A DNA stretch of 64,000 nt from Candidatus Omnitrophica bacterium UBA6215 (lineage in GTDB: Bacteria > Omnitrophota > Gorgyraeia > Pluralincolimonadales > Pluralincolimonadaceae), in the NCBI GenBank assembly GCA_002421665.1, contig DISH01000006.1, positions 84,879 to 148,878 of the forward strand. Reading direction: 5' to 3'. Made by a program: the position numbers and the translations under genes. Position 1 is the first letter of the stretch, and every line of letters begins with the position of its first letter. The notes beneath the pieces are model-generated. The model was not told where the DNA came from. It ran no database searches and saw only the letters and a list, made by a program, of their open reading frames with translations. Positions 20,285-30,288 of the stretch are shown piece by piece.

Positions 20285-20313
20285 ATTATAGGTAAATATG
20301 CGTGATTTTGCAA
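20285..20313 (-). promoter_or_regulatory. Sigma70-like promoter TTGCAA-N17-TATAAT upstream of fhs, giving a leaderless or very short leader
   Basis: On the minus strand the sequence reads TTGCAAaatcacgcatatttaccTATAAT and ends 11 nt before the fhs ATG. No Shine-Dalgarno sequence lies between them. Confidence 0.35.
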
Positions 20314-20339
20314 TCCCAAAAAACTACAGGGAGATTATC

Positions 20340-22367
20340 TTAGTTTATCAGGAAAGTCGTCAGGTTGGAAAACTTGGCCTTGACCCAGATAACGGCGTCT
20401 TCGCGCTCGATGTCATAACGGTAATCGCTGCCTTCTTTAAGCGCCCTTCCGTTCATCTTGACGTTTACCGGATACTTGCCCCAATTCTTGATGATAAAAA
20501 CTGGGTTGAGTACCGTAGAGGATACGATCTTAGGATACATGCTGAACTGGCAACCGTGCCTGAGCCTGTCCGTCTCAAAGACAAGGGCCCTTTGGTAATA
20601 GTCGTTCCCGATGAATTTCGCGTCATCGCTTATCATCGTAATATCACCGGGGTAAAGCCACGAGGAAGTCTTGTCGCGGAGTTCCTGGTCATCCCAGGGC
20701 TTGCTTACACCTACGAGCATCGCCCAAGTCGTAGGGCCTGATACCTTTGGATGCCCGGCTACCGGAAGTAGAGATACATGGCCCGGTTCGCGTATATACC
20801 TGCCGTTTGTCTTGGAAGGCTCTTCGTACGGCATCTTATTGATCGGCCAATGCGAGAAAACAAAGAAATCGCCTTCATATTCATATCCACCCCTCAACTC
20901 TAAAGCCCAATTCTCCCCGTAATGGCCCCACCACTTGCTGAACGGCGCAGGAAAGGTCTTTGGGCAGGCCTCCTCTCCCTGCGCAAAAACTTCAAAAACC
21001 GCGGGCCTGTTCTTGAGATTTATGCGACAAACGGCCTCAGGCCAGTTCTTCGAGCTCTCGTCGAGTTTCGAAGGTCCGGTATTCTTGTTAAGATACCAGG
21101 CATATTCTATCTTGTCCCCTGCAAGGTTGAACAGGGTAACCGCCCTTTGTTCGATAATCTCTGAAGGTTTCACGCCGCCGCGCTTTACCACGGCAAGTTC
21201 GGAGACCTCATTCCAGTCTATTTCGTATCTCGTGGTCAGCACGGGGGTATATGTGACTTTCCTCACTCCCGTGCCGTCCGGGTAGAACGTGAACCACTCA
21301 TCGGCATACGGCCTCTCGACCGGGTCCAGGCCCCACCATTTATATTCGGGATCGGCGAGCACATATCTCCAGTGGACGACAACCCGGGCCTTGTTCGAGA
21401 CCTCTACCTCCGCCTTGGACCATCGCAACAGGCGGTCTCCCATCGGCTCACAGCAGCCTTCCGTGCCGCCGTTCCATATCTCGACGAACTCATAGTACGC
21501 GGCGCATTTGTCGTCTATATGCCACCAAGGTATATACTCCGCTTGGGACCAGAAAACGAACTTTGCCTTGTCATAATAGGGGAACTCCCTGTCAAAGGTC
21601 ACGACTATCGCATCGCCGGAGAAACCCGAAAATGTATAATCCCTCCTGACCGCCTTGAAACCGGTCTCCTTGTCCGACATATCGTCTGCGGGCGTCAAGA
21701 CTGCCATAGGCTTCATGAAAACGGCCCCGGATGGTGCGCTCCCGTCGCTCTTGACGTAAGGGTAAAAATAAAAGCCCCTCTTGTCCGTGTCGGGCAGGGT
21801 AGAGAATTCTATCCATCCCTCTGCCTGTTTCCCGTCAACCTTCCTGGAACAACGGTAATAGAAATGCAGGCAGGATGCTTTTTCGTCTTTTATTATGCGC
21901 AGGGCCGTTGTATCATAACCGAAAGACTCGTTATTAAGAAGAAATTCAAACCTCGGGTTCCACTGGGAATTCTGGGAAATGAAATCTTGCCCGTCCTTTA
22001 TGGCGAATACCCTTACCGTAACATTGCCTTCTTTGTCGGGTTTCCTTTCGATGCCGAAAAAATTGCTCGGGTCGGGCTTTCCCCCGTTATCCTTGAAAAG
22101 GATAATGCCGCACGGCCCCGCTTGGGGCTTGATCCCGGACTGCACTTCAAAATTTCCTCCGAATTTGCTGGGATTATATATTCCAAATAACCCTACCCGG
22201 TCCAATGACAATCGGACGCCCTCTTCGCTCTCGGATACCAAGCCTCCTTCGGTCGCGGGACCGAAATAATACGGTTCCCATTTCTTCTGCGCGTCATCCG
22301 CCGAGGCCCACCACGGCCGTAACAGGATCGAACAAAATATGAATAAGGCAGCTGTTCTCTTCAGCAT
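20340..22367 (-). CDS. Large secreted hypothetical protein (~675 aa); possible carbohydrate-active enzyme
   Basis: The track ORF extends to 22559. The signal peptide MLKRTAALFIFCSILLRPWWASA begins at the internal Met at 22367, and the upstream part overlaps rlmN. I recognised no family. Confidence 0.5.
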   Translation of the reverse strand: MLKRTAALFIFCSILLRPWWASADDAQKKWEPYYFGPATEGGLVSESEEGVRLSLDRVGLFGIYNPSKFGGNFEVQSGIKPQAGPCGIILFKDNGGKPDPSNFFGIERKPDKEGNVTVRVFAIKDGQDFISQNSQWNPRFEFLLNNESFGYDTTALRIIKDEKASCLHFYYRCSRKVDGKQAEGWIEFSTLPDTDKRGFYFYPYVKSDGSAPSGAVFMKPMAVLTPADDMSDKETGFKAVRRDYTFSGFSGDAIVVTFDREFPYYDKAKFVFWSQAEYIPWWHIDDKCAAYYEFVEIWNGGTEGCCEPMGDRLLRWSKAEVEVSNKARVVVHWRYVLADPEYKWWGLDPVERPYADEWFTFYPDGTGVRKVTYTPVLTTRYEIDWNEVSELAVVKRGGVKPSEIIEQRAVTLFNLAGDKIEYAWYLNKNTGPSKLDESSKNWPEAVCRINLKNRPAVFEVFAQGEEACPKTFPAPFSKWWGHYGENWALELRGGYEYEGDFFVFSHWPINKMPYEEPSKTNGRYIREPGHVSLLPVAGHPKVSGPTTWAMLVGVSKPWDDQELRDKTSSWLYPGDITMISDDAKFIGNDYYQRALVFETDRLRHGCQFSMYPKIVSSTVLNPVFIIKNWGKYPVNVKMNGRALKEGSDYRYDIEREDAVIWVKAKFSNLTTFLIN

Positions 22368-23485
22368 CCGGCTTCCTCTTGTCCACGCAGGCGTAATTGT
22401 CCGCATGCCGCATCGATATCCGCGCCGCGCTGCAAACGTACGGTGGAACTTATCTTTTCCTTCTCCAAGACTTCCCTGAACCGGCTCACTTCTTTCGCGG
22501 AAGGCGCAGAAAACCTGAAGTCGGAGACCGCATTGAAAGGTATAAGGTTTACCTTGCAATTAAGGCCCCTTAGGAGACCGGCCAGGTTATGGGCATCGGC
22601 CTGGGAAGAATTAATGTCCCTGATCAGGATGTACTCAAAAGTTATTATCCTGCCTTTTTGGCTGGTATATTCCCGGCAAATTTCCATAAGCTCGCTCAAC
22701 GGGTACTTCCTGTTTATGGGCATCAGCCTGGAACGCTTGGTATCTTCGGCCGCATGCAATGAGATCGACAACTCAAACTGCCGCTCCTCCTGCATGTACC
22801 TCTTTATGCCCGGTATATAACCTGCCGTGGATACGGTTATCTTCCTGGCACCTATACCCATACCGTGGGGCGAATTCATCGTGCCGATAGCCTTCATGAC
22901 GTTATCATAATTGGAAAGGGGTTCGCCCGTTCCCATCATCACTACGTTCGTTATCCGTTTGTCTCCGATATCACTCTGTATTGCAAGCGCCTGACTGAGT
23001 ATCTCCCCGCAACCAAGGTCCCTTTTGAGCCCTGAAAGGCCGCTAGCACAGAAATAACATCCGAACGCACAACCAACCTGAGATGACAGGCAAACGGTAT
23101 GTCTTCCCGGACCGCCTGAAGGACCTTTGGACGGGATATAAACGGATTCTACGGTTTCGCCGTCCGCCATCCGGAAGAGATATTTGCGGGTACCATCCGA
23201 CCTGGAAATCTGCTTTTTCGCAGTAGTAATGCCCGACATCTCAAACTTGTTTGAAAGATAATCCCTGACCTTGGAAGGCAGGTCCGTCATCTGCCCGAAA
23301 GAGGACGCTCTCTTGCCGTATATCCATTCAAAGACCTGCTCGGCCCTGTAAGCGGGTTCATTGAGGCTCTTGAACTTAGCGTAAAGTTCGACTAACGAAA
23401 GGTCTTTTATATCCCTCTTGTCTTCGGGCATCCTACTCCACCCTGAACGACCTGTTCGCGACTGCCACATTCCCGTAACCGTCAT
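22361..23485 (-). CDS. rlmN: 23S rRNA / tRNA adenine C2-methyltransferase, radical SAM
   Basis: It has the radical SAM motif CLSSQVGCAFGCYFCASG and an RlmN-like C-terminus. Confidence 0.9.
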   Translation of the reverse strand: MTVTGMWQSRTGRSGWSRMPEDKRDIKDLSLVELYAKFKSLNEPAYRAEQVFEWIYGKRASSFGQMTDLPSKVRDYLSNKFEMSGITTAKKQISRSDGTRKYLFRMADGETVESVYIPSKGPSGGPGRHTVCLSSQVGCAFGCYFCASGLSGLKRDLGCGEILSQALAIQSDIGDKRITNVVMMGTGEPLSNYDNVMKAIGTMNSPHGMGIGARKITVSTAGYIPGIKRYMQEERQFELSISLHAAEDTKRSRLMPINRKYPLSELMEICREYTSQKGRIITFEYILIRDINSSQADAHNLAGLLRGLNCKVNLIPFNAVSDFRFSAPSAKEVSRFREVLEKEKISSTVRLQRGADIDAACGQLRLRGQEEAGC

Positions 23486-24725
23486 TTACTATCAGGTAAA
23501 TCCTGTAGATACCTTTCTTGGGCGGCGCGACCATTTTAAATCTGGTGCCTTCACATTTTATCTCGGTATCGACCTCTTTATTCACGTAATATTTCAACAC
23601 GCCTTCCTCGGCTGTCGATACGACAAACTGGAAATCCAGCGGATTGCTGTCCTTATCGGAGGCTTCCGCGGTAATATCCACAACCTCACCCGGAGCTATC
23701 CCCTTGGCCTTGGCAAGCTTAAAGGCCGTTATCCTTGGGGGCAGGTTGGAAGGTCTGCTTCCCGTATACTTCTTGTAGACCTCCCAGAATGCCTGGCGCT
23801 TGAATAATTTGTAATTGATATTCCACCAGGTAAGCGATTCCTGAGTGGTCTCCCCAAGATGAAAAACGAAGCCCCCGACATTATAACCCTTGAAATCCAT
23901 TATCTGGCCCGTCATGTCCCTGTATATAGCCGCCTTGGCCTGGTCCGGTTCATCCTGAGATGCCCCGTTGGCGTCCTTCCTTACGTCCCACGGCCCGTGG
24001 GGGCCGTATTCCGTGACACAGTAAGGGATATTCAGGCCGGACTTATCCCATTTAGTATGCGACATCCTTATGCTCCCGTAGATGTTCATGCCGAATATAT
24101 CGAGGCTGGGGACATAATCATGTACATATCGCAAAGCGGTAGTATCGGCGGAAGTATAAATGACGGGGTGGTCCGGATCAAGGCCGTGGACGAACTTAAC
24201 CATCTCTTCCAGGAACTTCGCCAGTTCGACCCTCTCGTTCTCATCCTTTGTAAAAAAGAACGCCTCGTTTCCTATGTTCCACATGAGCAAGGCCGGGTGC
24301 TTCTTGAATTTATTTATGTAATCCTCTATCTCCTGCTTTTTCTTCGCCTTGTATTCGCTGTCGCCGATATATGTATGTCCTGATGTGCCGCCGGCAAAAT
24401 TCAGCCAGATACCGGCATCTACCATCAGGCCGTATTTCCATGCGGTATCGAAATACTCCCGGGTACCCTGATCCGTGCCCCATGTCCTTACGGCGTTAGC
24501 GCCAAGCTCCTGGGCAAGCCTCAAATAGTCCTCGCCGCCTTTACCCGTCATCTCGCCGATGCCAACACCTTTTATGTAGAAAGGTTTGCCGTTCACATCA
24601 AGGGTCCAACTGCCCTTTTCACCGGTAACCTTCACTACGCTGCCCTGCTCATCTTGTGCGAACACGTTAGCGTTTACAAAGAGACAGGCAGCCATCAGGA
24701 CAAATGCAGCGTATCGTTTATGCAT
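23433..24725 (-). CDS. Secreted clan GH-A glycoside hydrolase (GH2/GH5-like TIM barrel) with a C-terminal Ig-like domain
   Basis: The signal peptide MHKRYAAFVLMAACLFVNANVFA sits at an internal Met. The barrel has the acid/base motif MWNIGNE and a nucleophile-like VTEYG. Confidence 0.6.
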   Translation of the reverse strand: MHKRYAAFVLMAACLFVNANVFAQDEQGSVVKVTGEKGSWTLDVNGKPFYIKGVGIGEMTGKGGEDYLRLAQELGANAVRTWGTDQGTREYFDTAWKYGLMVDAGIWLNFAGGTSGHTYIGDSEYKAKKKQEIEDYINKFKKHPALLMWNIGNEAFFFTKDENERVELAKFLEEMVKFVHGLDPDHPVIYTSADTTALRYVHDYVPSLDIFGMNIYGSIRMSHTKWDKSGLNIPYCVTEYGPHGPWDVRKDANGASQDEPDQAKAAIYRDMTGQIMDFKGYNVGGFVFHLGETTQESLTWWNINYKLFKRQAFWEVYKKYTGSRPSNLPPRITAFKLAKAKGIAPGEVVDITAEASDKDSNPLDFQFVVSTAEEGVLKYYVNKEVDTEIKCEGTRFKMVAPPKKGIYRIYLIVNDGYGNVAVANRSFRVE

Positions 24726-25300
24726 TGTATTATCGCCTTTCCTTTTATGAAAGAGACCTTGTTTATCCCGCAATTATCGATCCTGACCGTCTTGAAGAAG
24801 TTGTCGAAATCGGTCTTCATCACCATGGAGAAAAAAGCCGCTATAACCCCCCAATGTGTCACTACGCAAACATCCGAATCGGGATTTTCTTTGGCTATGG
24901 CCCTGAAAATTTTCTTTATCCTCGAATTAAAACGAGGGACCCCCTCCCATCCAGGGATCCTGGCCTTTGACGGGGCTTTCTTCCAGGCAGCGTATGTTTT
25001 TGGGAATAGGCGTTTTACCTCCTCGATCGTCTTTCCCTGCCAGGCCCCAAGTATCATCTCCTCCAGGCGTGGTTCCGGCACCAATCGCGCGCCGGACGCT
25101 TCTGCTATCATCTGTGCGGTCTGCGCAGCACGTTTCAAGTCGCTGGAGTAGACAACTTTTATGCCCTCGCCCTTAAGGCGCCTTGCCGCGGCATGCGCCT
25201 GCTGCCTCCCTTTAGCGCTTAAGCCCGGGTCTTGCCTGCCTTGCACCCTTTGTTCCCTGTTCCAAACGGATTCCCCGTGCCTTATTATGAAGATATTCAT
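24695..25300 (-). CDS. Histidine phosphatase family protein (phosphoglycerate mutase-like)
   Basis: It has the N-terminal RHG motif [14 protein letters not shown]. Confidence 0.75.
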   Translation of the reverse strand: MNIFIIRHGESVWNREQRVQGRQDPGLSAKGRQQAHAAARRLKGEGIKVVYSSDLKRAAQTAQMIAEASGARLVPEPRLEEMILGAWQGKTIEEVKRLFPKTYAAWKKAPSKARIPGWEGVPRFNSRIKKIFRAIAKENPDSDVCVVTHWGVIAAFFSMVMKTDFDNFFKTVRIDNCGINKVSFIKGKAIIQCINDTLHLS

Positions 25301-25881
25301 TTATATAGGGTAAAAGTCCTCCTGTGTATGGGAGAAGGCCCTAACCGGGCCAAGGCCTTGAAATGGGCATTCGTACCGTATCCCTTATGCTGCTTGAAGC
25401 CGTATTCCGGATACATCAGGTCATAATATGACATTATAAAATCTCTTGTTACTTTAGCCACTATGGACGCGCAGGCGATAGATAATGAGCGGGATTCGCC
25501 GTTTATCAGGGGAGTCTTCGGGTATGGCATCTGGGGTGTGACGTTTCCGTCAATAAGAAGGTGATCGGGTGTTTCCTCAAGGCTGTAAACGGCCACCTCC
25601 ATCGCTTTCAGGGTGGCCTTCAATATATTTATGCCGTCTATCTCCTTTTCGCCTACAACCCCTATCCCGACACACGCTTTATCCATTATCTCAAAATATG
25701 CCTTTTCGCGGGATATCCTGGTAAGGACCTTGGAGTCGGCGATCCTGTTGCTGAACTTGAATTCCTTCAGTATGACAGCGGCAGCGACAACCGGCCCGGC
25801 CAACGGACCGCGGCCGGCTTCATCTACGCCCGCTATTCTCTGTTTTCCCTGCCTTATGAACTTCTTTTCATGATACAGCAT
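25297..25881 (-). CDS. rnhB: Ribonuclease HII
   Basis: It has the [19 protein letters not shown] motif. Confidence 0.9.
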   Translation of the reverse strand: MLYHEKKFIRQGKQRIAGVDEAGRGPLAGPVVAAAVILKEFKFSNRIADSKVLTRISREKAYFEIMDKACVGIGVVGEKEIDGINILKATLKAMEVAVYSLEETPDHLLIDGNVTPQMPYPKTPLINGESRSLSIACASIVAKVTRDFIMSYYDLMYPEYGFKQHKGYGTNAHFKALARLGPSPIHRRTFTLYK

Positions 25882-26206
25882 CAGCCTTCTTGCCGACTTT
25901 GCTGCGCATGTAATAGAGCTTTGCCCTCTTCGGCTTAGAGGACTTTACTACCGATACCTTATCGATCGAAGGGGAATGGAGAGGAAAAGTCCTTTCTATG
26001 CCTTCGCCGTAAGAGATACGTCTTACCGTGAAAGTCGAGGCGAGACCGGATCCTCTCTTCTTTATTACCACTCCCTCGAACATCTGGATACGGAACTTAT
26101 CCTCTTCTTTAATTTTTACAGCAACCTTTACGGTATCCCCTACGCTGAAAACGGGGGCTTCTTTCTTTTCATATCCCTTCTCTGCCAGCGCAACCTTGCT
26201 CATCAT
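25868..26206 (-). CDS. rplS: 50S ribosomal protein L19
   Basis: It shows L19 similarity over 112 aa and follows trmD. Confidence 0.9.
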   Translation of the reverse strand: MMSKVALAEKGYEKKEAPVFSVGDTVKVAVKIKEEDKFRIQMFEGVVIKKRGSGLASTFTVRRISYGEGIERTFPLHSPSIDKVSVVKSSKPKRAKLYYMRSKVGKKADAVS

Positions 26207-26892
26207 CTCTTCTCCTTATTGATCTTTTTATACATATCGGGACGCATTTTCTTCGTCCTCTTCAATGCCATCTCTCTTCTCCACGCATCTATCTTATTAT
26301 GGTCTCCCGACAACAACACGCGGGGGGCCTTCAAACCCCTGAAATCGGCCGGTCTCGTATACTGGGGATATTCCAATAACCCCGCCGAGAACGACTCGAA
26401 CTCAAGCGATTCCTCGTCTCCGACAACGCCGGGTATAAGCCTGACAACGCAATCTACCAGGGCCATAGCGGGTATTTCACCGCCTGTAAGTATAAAATCA
26501 CCCAAGGATATCTCATCGGTGACGCATTTCTGCCTGAACCGCTCGTCCACTCCTTCATAATGGCCGCAGACGATTATGATATGCGCGGCTCCGGCAAATT
26601 TTTTTGCAGCAGCCTGATCAAGTCTCTTGCCCTGTGGCGTCATCAGTACCACCTTCGAAGCCCTGCCTTTGAGCTCAGAAACTGCGTCAAAAAGCGGCTG
26701 GGGTTTTATGACCATACCGGGACCGCCGCCGAACGGCTTATCATCCACCTTGCGATGTCTGTCTTCCGTCCAGTCACGCAGGTTATGGACCCGTATATCC
26801 GCTTTCCCCTTCTTCTTAGCGCGCTTGATGATCGATTCCCCAAGGACACCGTCAAACATTGCGGGGAAGAGGGTAAGTATATCTACCCGCAT
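26203..26892 (-). CDS. trmD: tRNA (guanine37-N1)-methyltransferase
   Basis: It has the TrmD SPOUT fold ([13 protein letters not shown]...). Confidence 0.9.
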   Translation of the reverse strand: MRVDILTLFPAMFDGVLGESIIKRAKKKGKADIRVHNLRDWTEDRHRKVDDKPFGGGPGMVIKPQPLFDAVSELKGRASKVVLMTPQGKRLDQAAAKKFAGAAHIIIVCGHYEGVDERFRQKCVTDEISLGDFILTGGEIPAMALVDCVVRLIPGVVGDEESLEFESFSAGLLEYPQYTRPADFRGLKAPRVLLSGDHNKIDAWRREMALKRTKKMRPDMYKKINKEKR

Positions 26893-26894
26893 TA

Positions 26895-27137
26895 TTAAAT
26901 TATGCCGGATTTCCTGAAAATATTAGCCACGGCCACAGAAGGCTTTGCCCCGACCTTAAGCCAATGAAGTATCCTCTCCTTCTTCAGGTTGCCGAAGGCG
27001 GGTTTCTTAGTCGGGTCGTAATAACCGAGCTCTTCAAGGGCTTTCATGTCACGGCCCTTGTGTTCGTCTATCACGATTATCCTCTGGTGAGGCGTCTTCT
27101 TCGTACCAAGTCTCTTCAACCTTATTACCGCTGCCAT
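26895..27137 (-). CDS. rpsP: 30S ribosomal protein S16
   Basis: It has MAAVIRLKRLGTKKTPHQRIIV. Confidence 0.9.
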   Translation of the reverse strand: MAAVIRLKRLGTKKTPHQRIIVIDEHKGRDMKALEELGYYDPTKKPAFGNLKKERILHWLKVGAKPSVAVANIFRKSGII

Positions 27138-27141
27138 TAAA

Positions 27142-28407
27142 CTACTCCTCCTTTTCTCTTCTTATGTTTGCTCCCATCTGCGACAGTTTCATTTCTATCC
27201 TATCATATCCCCTGTCTAAATGGTAGACCCTTGAAACGTCGGTCTTGCCCCTTGCGGCCATACCCGCCAACACCAGGGCGGCTGACGCGCGCAGGTCCGA
27301 CGCCATCACCGGGGCTCCGCTCAACTGCTTTATGCCCTTGACTATGGCGGAATCGCCTTCCAGTTTTACCTGCGCTCCCATCCTGGCAAGTTCGCTGACG
27401 TGCATGAACCTGTCAGGGTATATCTTCTCCGTAATCACGCTGATACCATCGATAACGGATACAAGCGCCATCATCTGTGCCTGAAGGTCCGTCGGGAACC
27501 CGGGATACGGCAAGGTAGTTATATCGACCGGCTTAAGGTGCCTGCATGTACGCACCCTTATGTCCTTTCCGTGGCGGGTGACGGTCACGCCGGCATCCTG
27601 TAATTTATCGACAAGGGCCCCCAGATGGTCATACCTTGCCCCTTTTACCGTTATATCACCTTTAGTGATCGCAGCCGCTATCATGAACGTTCCCGCCTCG
27701 ATCCTGTCGGGTATCACCTCATGTTCGGCCCCGCCAAGCTTCTTGACCCCGTTTATCTCTATCAAAGGAGTGCCCGCGCCTTTTATCTTCGCGCCCATAT
27801 CAATAAGGAAATCCGCCAAGTCCACGACCTCGGGTTCGCAGGCCGCGTTCTCGATAACGGTCCTGCCCTTTGCAAGGGCAGCCGCCATCATGACATTGTC
27901 GGTGGCGAGCACCGATGACCCGAAAGAACCTCCCAGATATACGTGCGCGCCTTTCAGCTGTTTCGTCTCGGCAATGACATAACCGTGCTCTATCTTGATC
28001 TCGGCGCCAAGCGCTTTTATGCCCTTCAGGTGAAGGTCTACCGGCCTGTTGCCAATGGCACAACCTCCCGGGTACGACACCTGCGCCCGCTTGTGCTTGG
28101 CCAATATCGGGCCCAGCACACAGAATGACGCGCGCATCTCCTTTACATATTTATAAGGCGCTATATGGTTCCTGTATCCCTTTGGTTCTATCACCATACG
28201 GCCGCCGTCGAACTGGACCTTAACCCCCAGATTGCGCAGTATCTTTACCATGGTATTTACATCGCGCAACGCGGGGACTTTTTTTATTATGCACTTCTCG
28301 TCGGTAAGAAGTGTCGCGGCCATTATAGGCAGCGCCGAGTTCTTGGCTCCGCTGACCTCGACTGTCCCTTTTAGCCTTGTAGGCCCTTCAATAACTATTT
28401 TATCCAT
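27142..28407 (-). CDS. murA: UDP-N-acetylglucosamine 1-carboxyvinyltransferase
   Basis: It shows MurA similarity over 421 aa and has the active-site Cys region. Confidence 0.9.
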   Translation of the reverse strand: MDKIVIEGPTRLKGTVEVSGAKNSALPIMAATLLTDEKCIIKKVPALRDVNTMVKILRNLGVKVQFDGGRMVIEPKGYRNHIAPYKYVKEMRASFCVLGPILAKHKRAQVSYPGGCAIGNRPVDLHLKGIKALGAEIKIEHGYVIAETKQLKGAHVYLGGSFGSSVLATDNVMMAAALAKGRTVIENAACEPEVVDLADFLIDMGAKIKGAGTPLIEINGVKKLGGAEHEVIPDRIEAGTFMIAAAITKGDITVKGARYDHLGALVDKLQDAGVTVTRHGKDIRVRTCRHLKPVDITTLPYPGFPTDLQAQMMALVSVIDGISVITEKIYPDRFMHVSELARMGAQVKLEGDSAIVKGIKQLSGAPVMASDLRASAALVLAGMAARGKTDVSRVYHLDRGYDRIEMKLSQMGANIRREKEE

Positions 28408-28414
28408 TCAGGTA

Positions 28415-29200
28415 TCAGCGCCTCTTAGCGATCATGATCCTGTCTATACCGTTATAATCCTTGATAACCTCGGGCCGGTGATAATCCCCGCAAAGTTCCA
28501 TTATTTTCCTGACATCCCCGGTTTGTCCAAAGCCTATCTCAAGCACAAGAAAACCCCCGCCCTTAAGCCTGCCGGAGGCCTCCGGTATTATCCTGCGGTA
28601 ATAATCAAGGCCTTTAGGCCCGCCGTCAAGCGCTATCCTGGGTTCGCTCTTGACCTCGGGCGGAAGAGAATCATAATCTTCGCTCGGGATATACGGCGGA
28701 TTCGATATTATAATATCGAATTTCGCATTCTCCGGGATCCTGCTGAAAAGGTCCGAAACCACAAAATCGATGCCTTCGGTTATGCCGTTCGCCGCAGAAT
28801 TACCGCGGGCCACTTCAAGGGCTTCTTCGGAGACATCGGAAGCTACTATTTTACAGGACGGGTCCATTTTTGTCAAACTTACCGCGATGGCCCCGGAACC
28901 CGTCCCCAGGTCAAGGATCACCGGCCGTTCCATACCCTCCCTCTCGATAAGGGTCAATACGCGCTCGACGAGCATCTCGGTCTCGGGCCTGGGTATAAGG
29001 ACCGAGCTGTTAACGTCGAATTCAAAACCCATGAACTCCGTGACACCGGTAATATATTGGACGGGAACGCCGCGCGCATAAGAATCGAGCGCCTCATGAA
29101 AGGCCTCGATCTTCTCCTCGTCGGCCTCATAATCCCCCATATACAGTTGGGTGCGATCGCAGTTAAAAACCCAACATGCCAGTTGTTCCAGTGAATCCAT
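28415..29200 (-). CDS. prmC: Release factor glutamine methyltransferase
   Basis: It has the NPPY motif IISNPPYIP and the SAM-binding LDLGTGSGAIA, and lies downstream of prfA. Confidence 0.85.
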   Translation of the reverse strand: MDSLEQLACWVFNCDRTQLYMGDYEADEEKIEAFHEALDSYARGVPVQYITGVTEFMGFEFDVNSSVLIPRPETEMLVERVLTLIEREGMERPVILDLGTGSGAIAVSLTKMDPSCKIVASDVSEEALEVARGNSAANGITEGIDFVVSDLFSRIPENAKFDIIISNPPYIPSEDYDSLPPEVKSEPRIALDGGPKGLDYYRRIIPEASGRLKGGGFLVLEIGFGQTGDVRKIMELCGDYHRPEVIKDYNGIDRIMIAKRR

Positions 29201-29202
29201 AT

Positions 29203-30273
29203 TTATTTTGCCTCTTTCAACTTAAGGTCCTTTTCCTGCTTTAGGAGCTCCATGATTATCCCCTCGAGGTCACCCTCAAGCACGTTCTCAAGGTTATGCA
29301 CGGTAAGGCCTATCCTGTGGTCGGTAATACGCCTGTCCGGATAATTGTAGGTACGGATCTTCTCGCTCCTCTCGCCCGTTCCTATTTGTGTCTTACGCTC
29401 CCTGGCTATCTTATCGTGCTGTTCGGTCACGGCCTTATCGAGAAGCCTGGCGCGCAAGACCTTCATAGCCTTGTTCTTATTCTTCAGTTGGGACCTTTCG
29501 TCCTGACACTGCACCACTATGCCGGAAGGTATATGTGTGATCCTCACCGCGGAATCGGCGGTATTGACCGACTGCCCGCCTGCGCCGGAGGACCTGAAGA
29601 CATCTACCCTTAGGTCCTTCGGGTCTATCTTTATATCGACATCTTCCGCTTCCGGAAGCACTGCAACAGACACCGTAGAGGTATGTATCCTGCCGGAAGC
29701 TTCGGTAACCGGGACCCTTTGTACCCTGTGTACGCCGGATTCGAACTTCATCTTCCGGTACACGCCGTTGCCGTTCACGCCGAATACGATCTCTTTGAAG
29801 CCGCCGGCTTCCGAAACACTGGAGCTGAGCGTTTCGACAGACCACCCCTTGCCCACCGCATACTTTGAATACATCCTGAAAAGGTCCGCGGCAAAAAGCG
29901 ATGCCTCCTGCCCACCTGTTCCCGCCCTTATCTCAACGATTATATTCTTGTCCGCATCGGGGTCATCTTCGAGAAGAAGGTCCTCGATCTCCTTTTCCAA
30001 TGCAGGCAGGCGTTTCTTCAGGTCCAGGAGTTCGTCCTTTGCGAGTTCCGCGAGACCGGCATCCTCGGATTTCTTCCCGAGCATCTCCTCGAGCCCCGCT
30101 ATCTCCGCGCTGACTTTCTTATATTCCCTGTACCTTCCGACTATTGCCCTCAGGGAAGCAAGTTCCTTCGTGTAACGCTGATAGGCGGACGAATCCGCTA
30201 TCACCTTAGGGTCGGTGATCAGTTTTTCCAATTCGTCATAGCGCTTGAGCCTGGTCTCCAAAGCCTCGAACAT
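29203..30273 (-). CDS. prfA: Peptide chain release factor 1
   Basis: It has the GGQ motif SGAGGQSVN and a PxT-type decoding region. Confidence 0.95.
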   Translation of the reverse strand: MFEALETRLKRYDELEKLITDPKVIADSSAYQRYTKELASLRAIVGRYREYKKVSAEIAGLEEMLGKKSEDAGLAELAKDELLDLKKRLPALEKEIEDLLLEDDPDADKNIIVEIRAGTGGQEASLFAADLFRMYSKYAVGKGWSVETLSSSVSEAGGFKEIVFGVNGNGVYRKMKFESGVHRVQRVPVTEASGRIHTSTVSVAVLPEAEDVDIKIDPKDLRVDVFRSSGAGGQSVNTADSAVRITHIPSGIVVQCQDERSQLKNKNKAMKVLRARLLDKAVTEQHDKIARERKTQIGTGERSEKIRTYNYPDRRITDHRIGLTVHNLENVLEGDLEGIIMELLKQEKDLKLKEAK

Positions 30274-30288
30274 ATCGCGACCCGGAGT

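Noticed and set aside
22368-22559. 64-codon N-terminal extension of the large secreted protein ORF
   Set aside because: The extension overlaps the 3' end of rlmN in another frame and precedes a clear signal peptide that starts at the internal Met. The true start was set at 22367.
27800-28063. 87-aa minus-strand ORF inside murA in an alternative frame; similar nested minus-strand ORFs lie at 29477-29845, 54506-54742, 56293-56505, 58709-58903, 42635-42895, 44799-45032, 46095-46367, 51921-52124, 21592-21816, 18428-18646, 7285-7479, 9953-10228, 39085-39285 and 35890-36072
   Set aside because: They are alternative-frame ORFs embedded in well-supported genes. Their Arg/Gly/Cys-rich composition is typical of off-frame GC-rich translation, and none has independent evidence.
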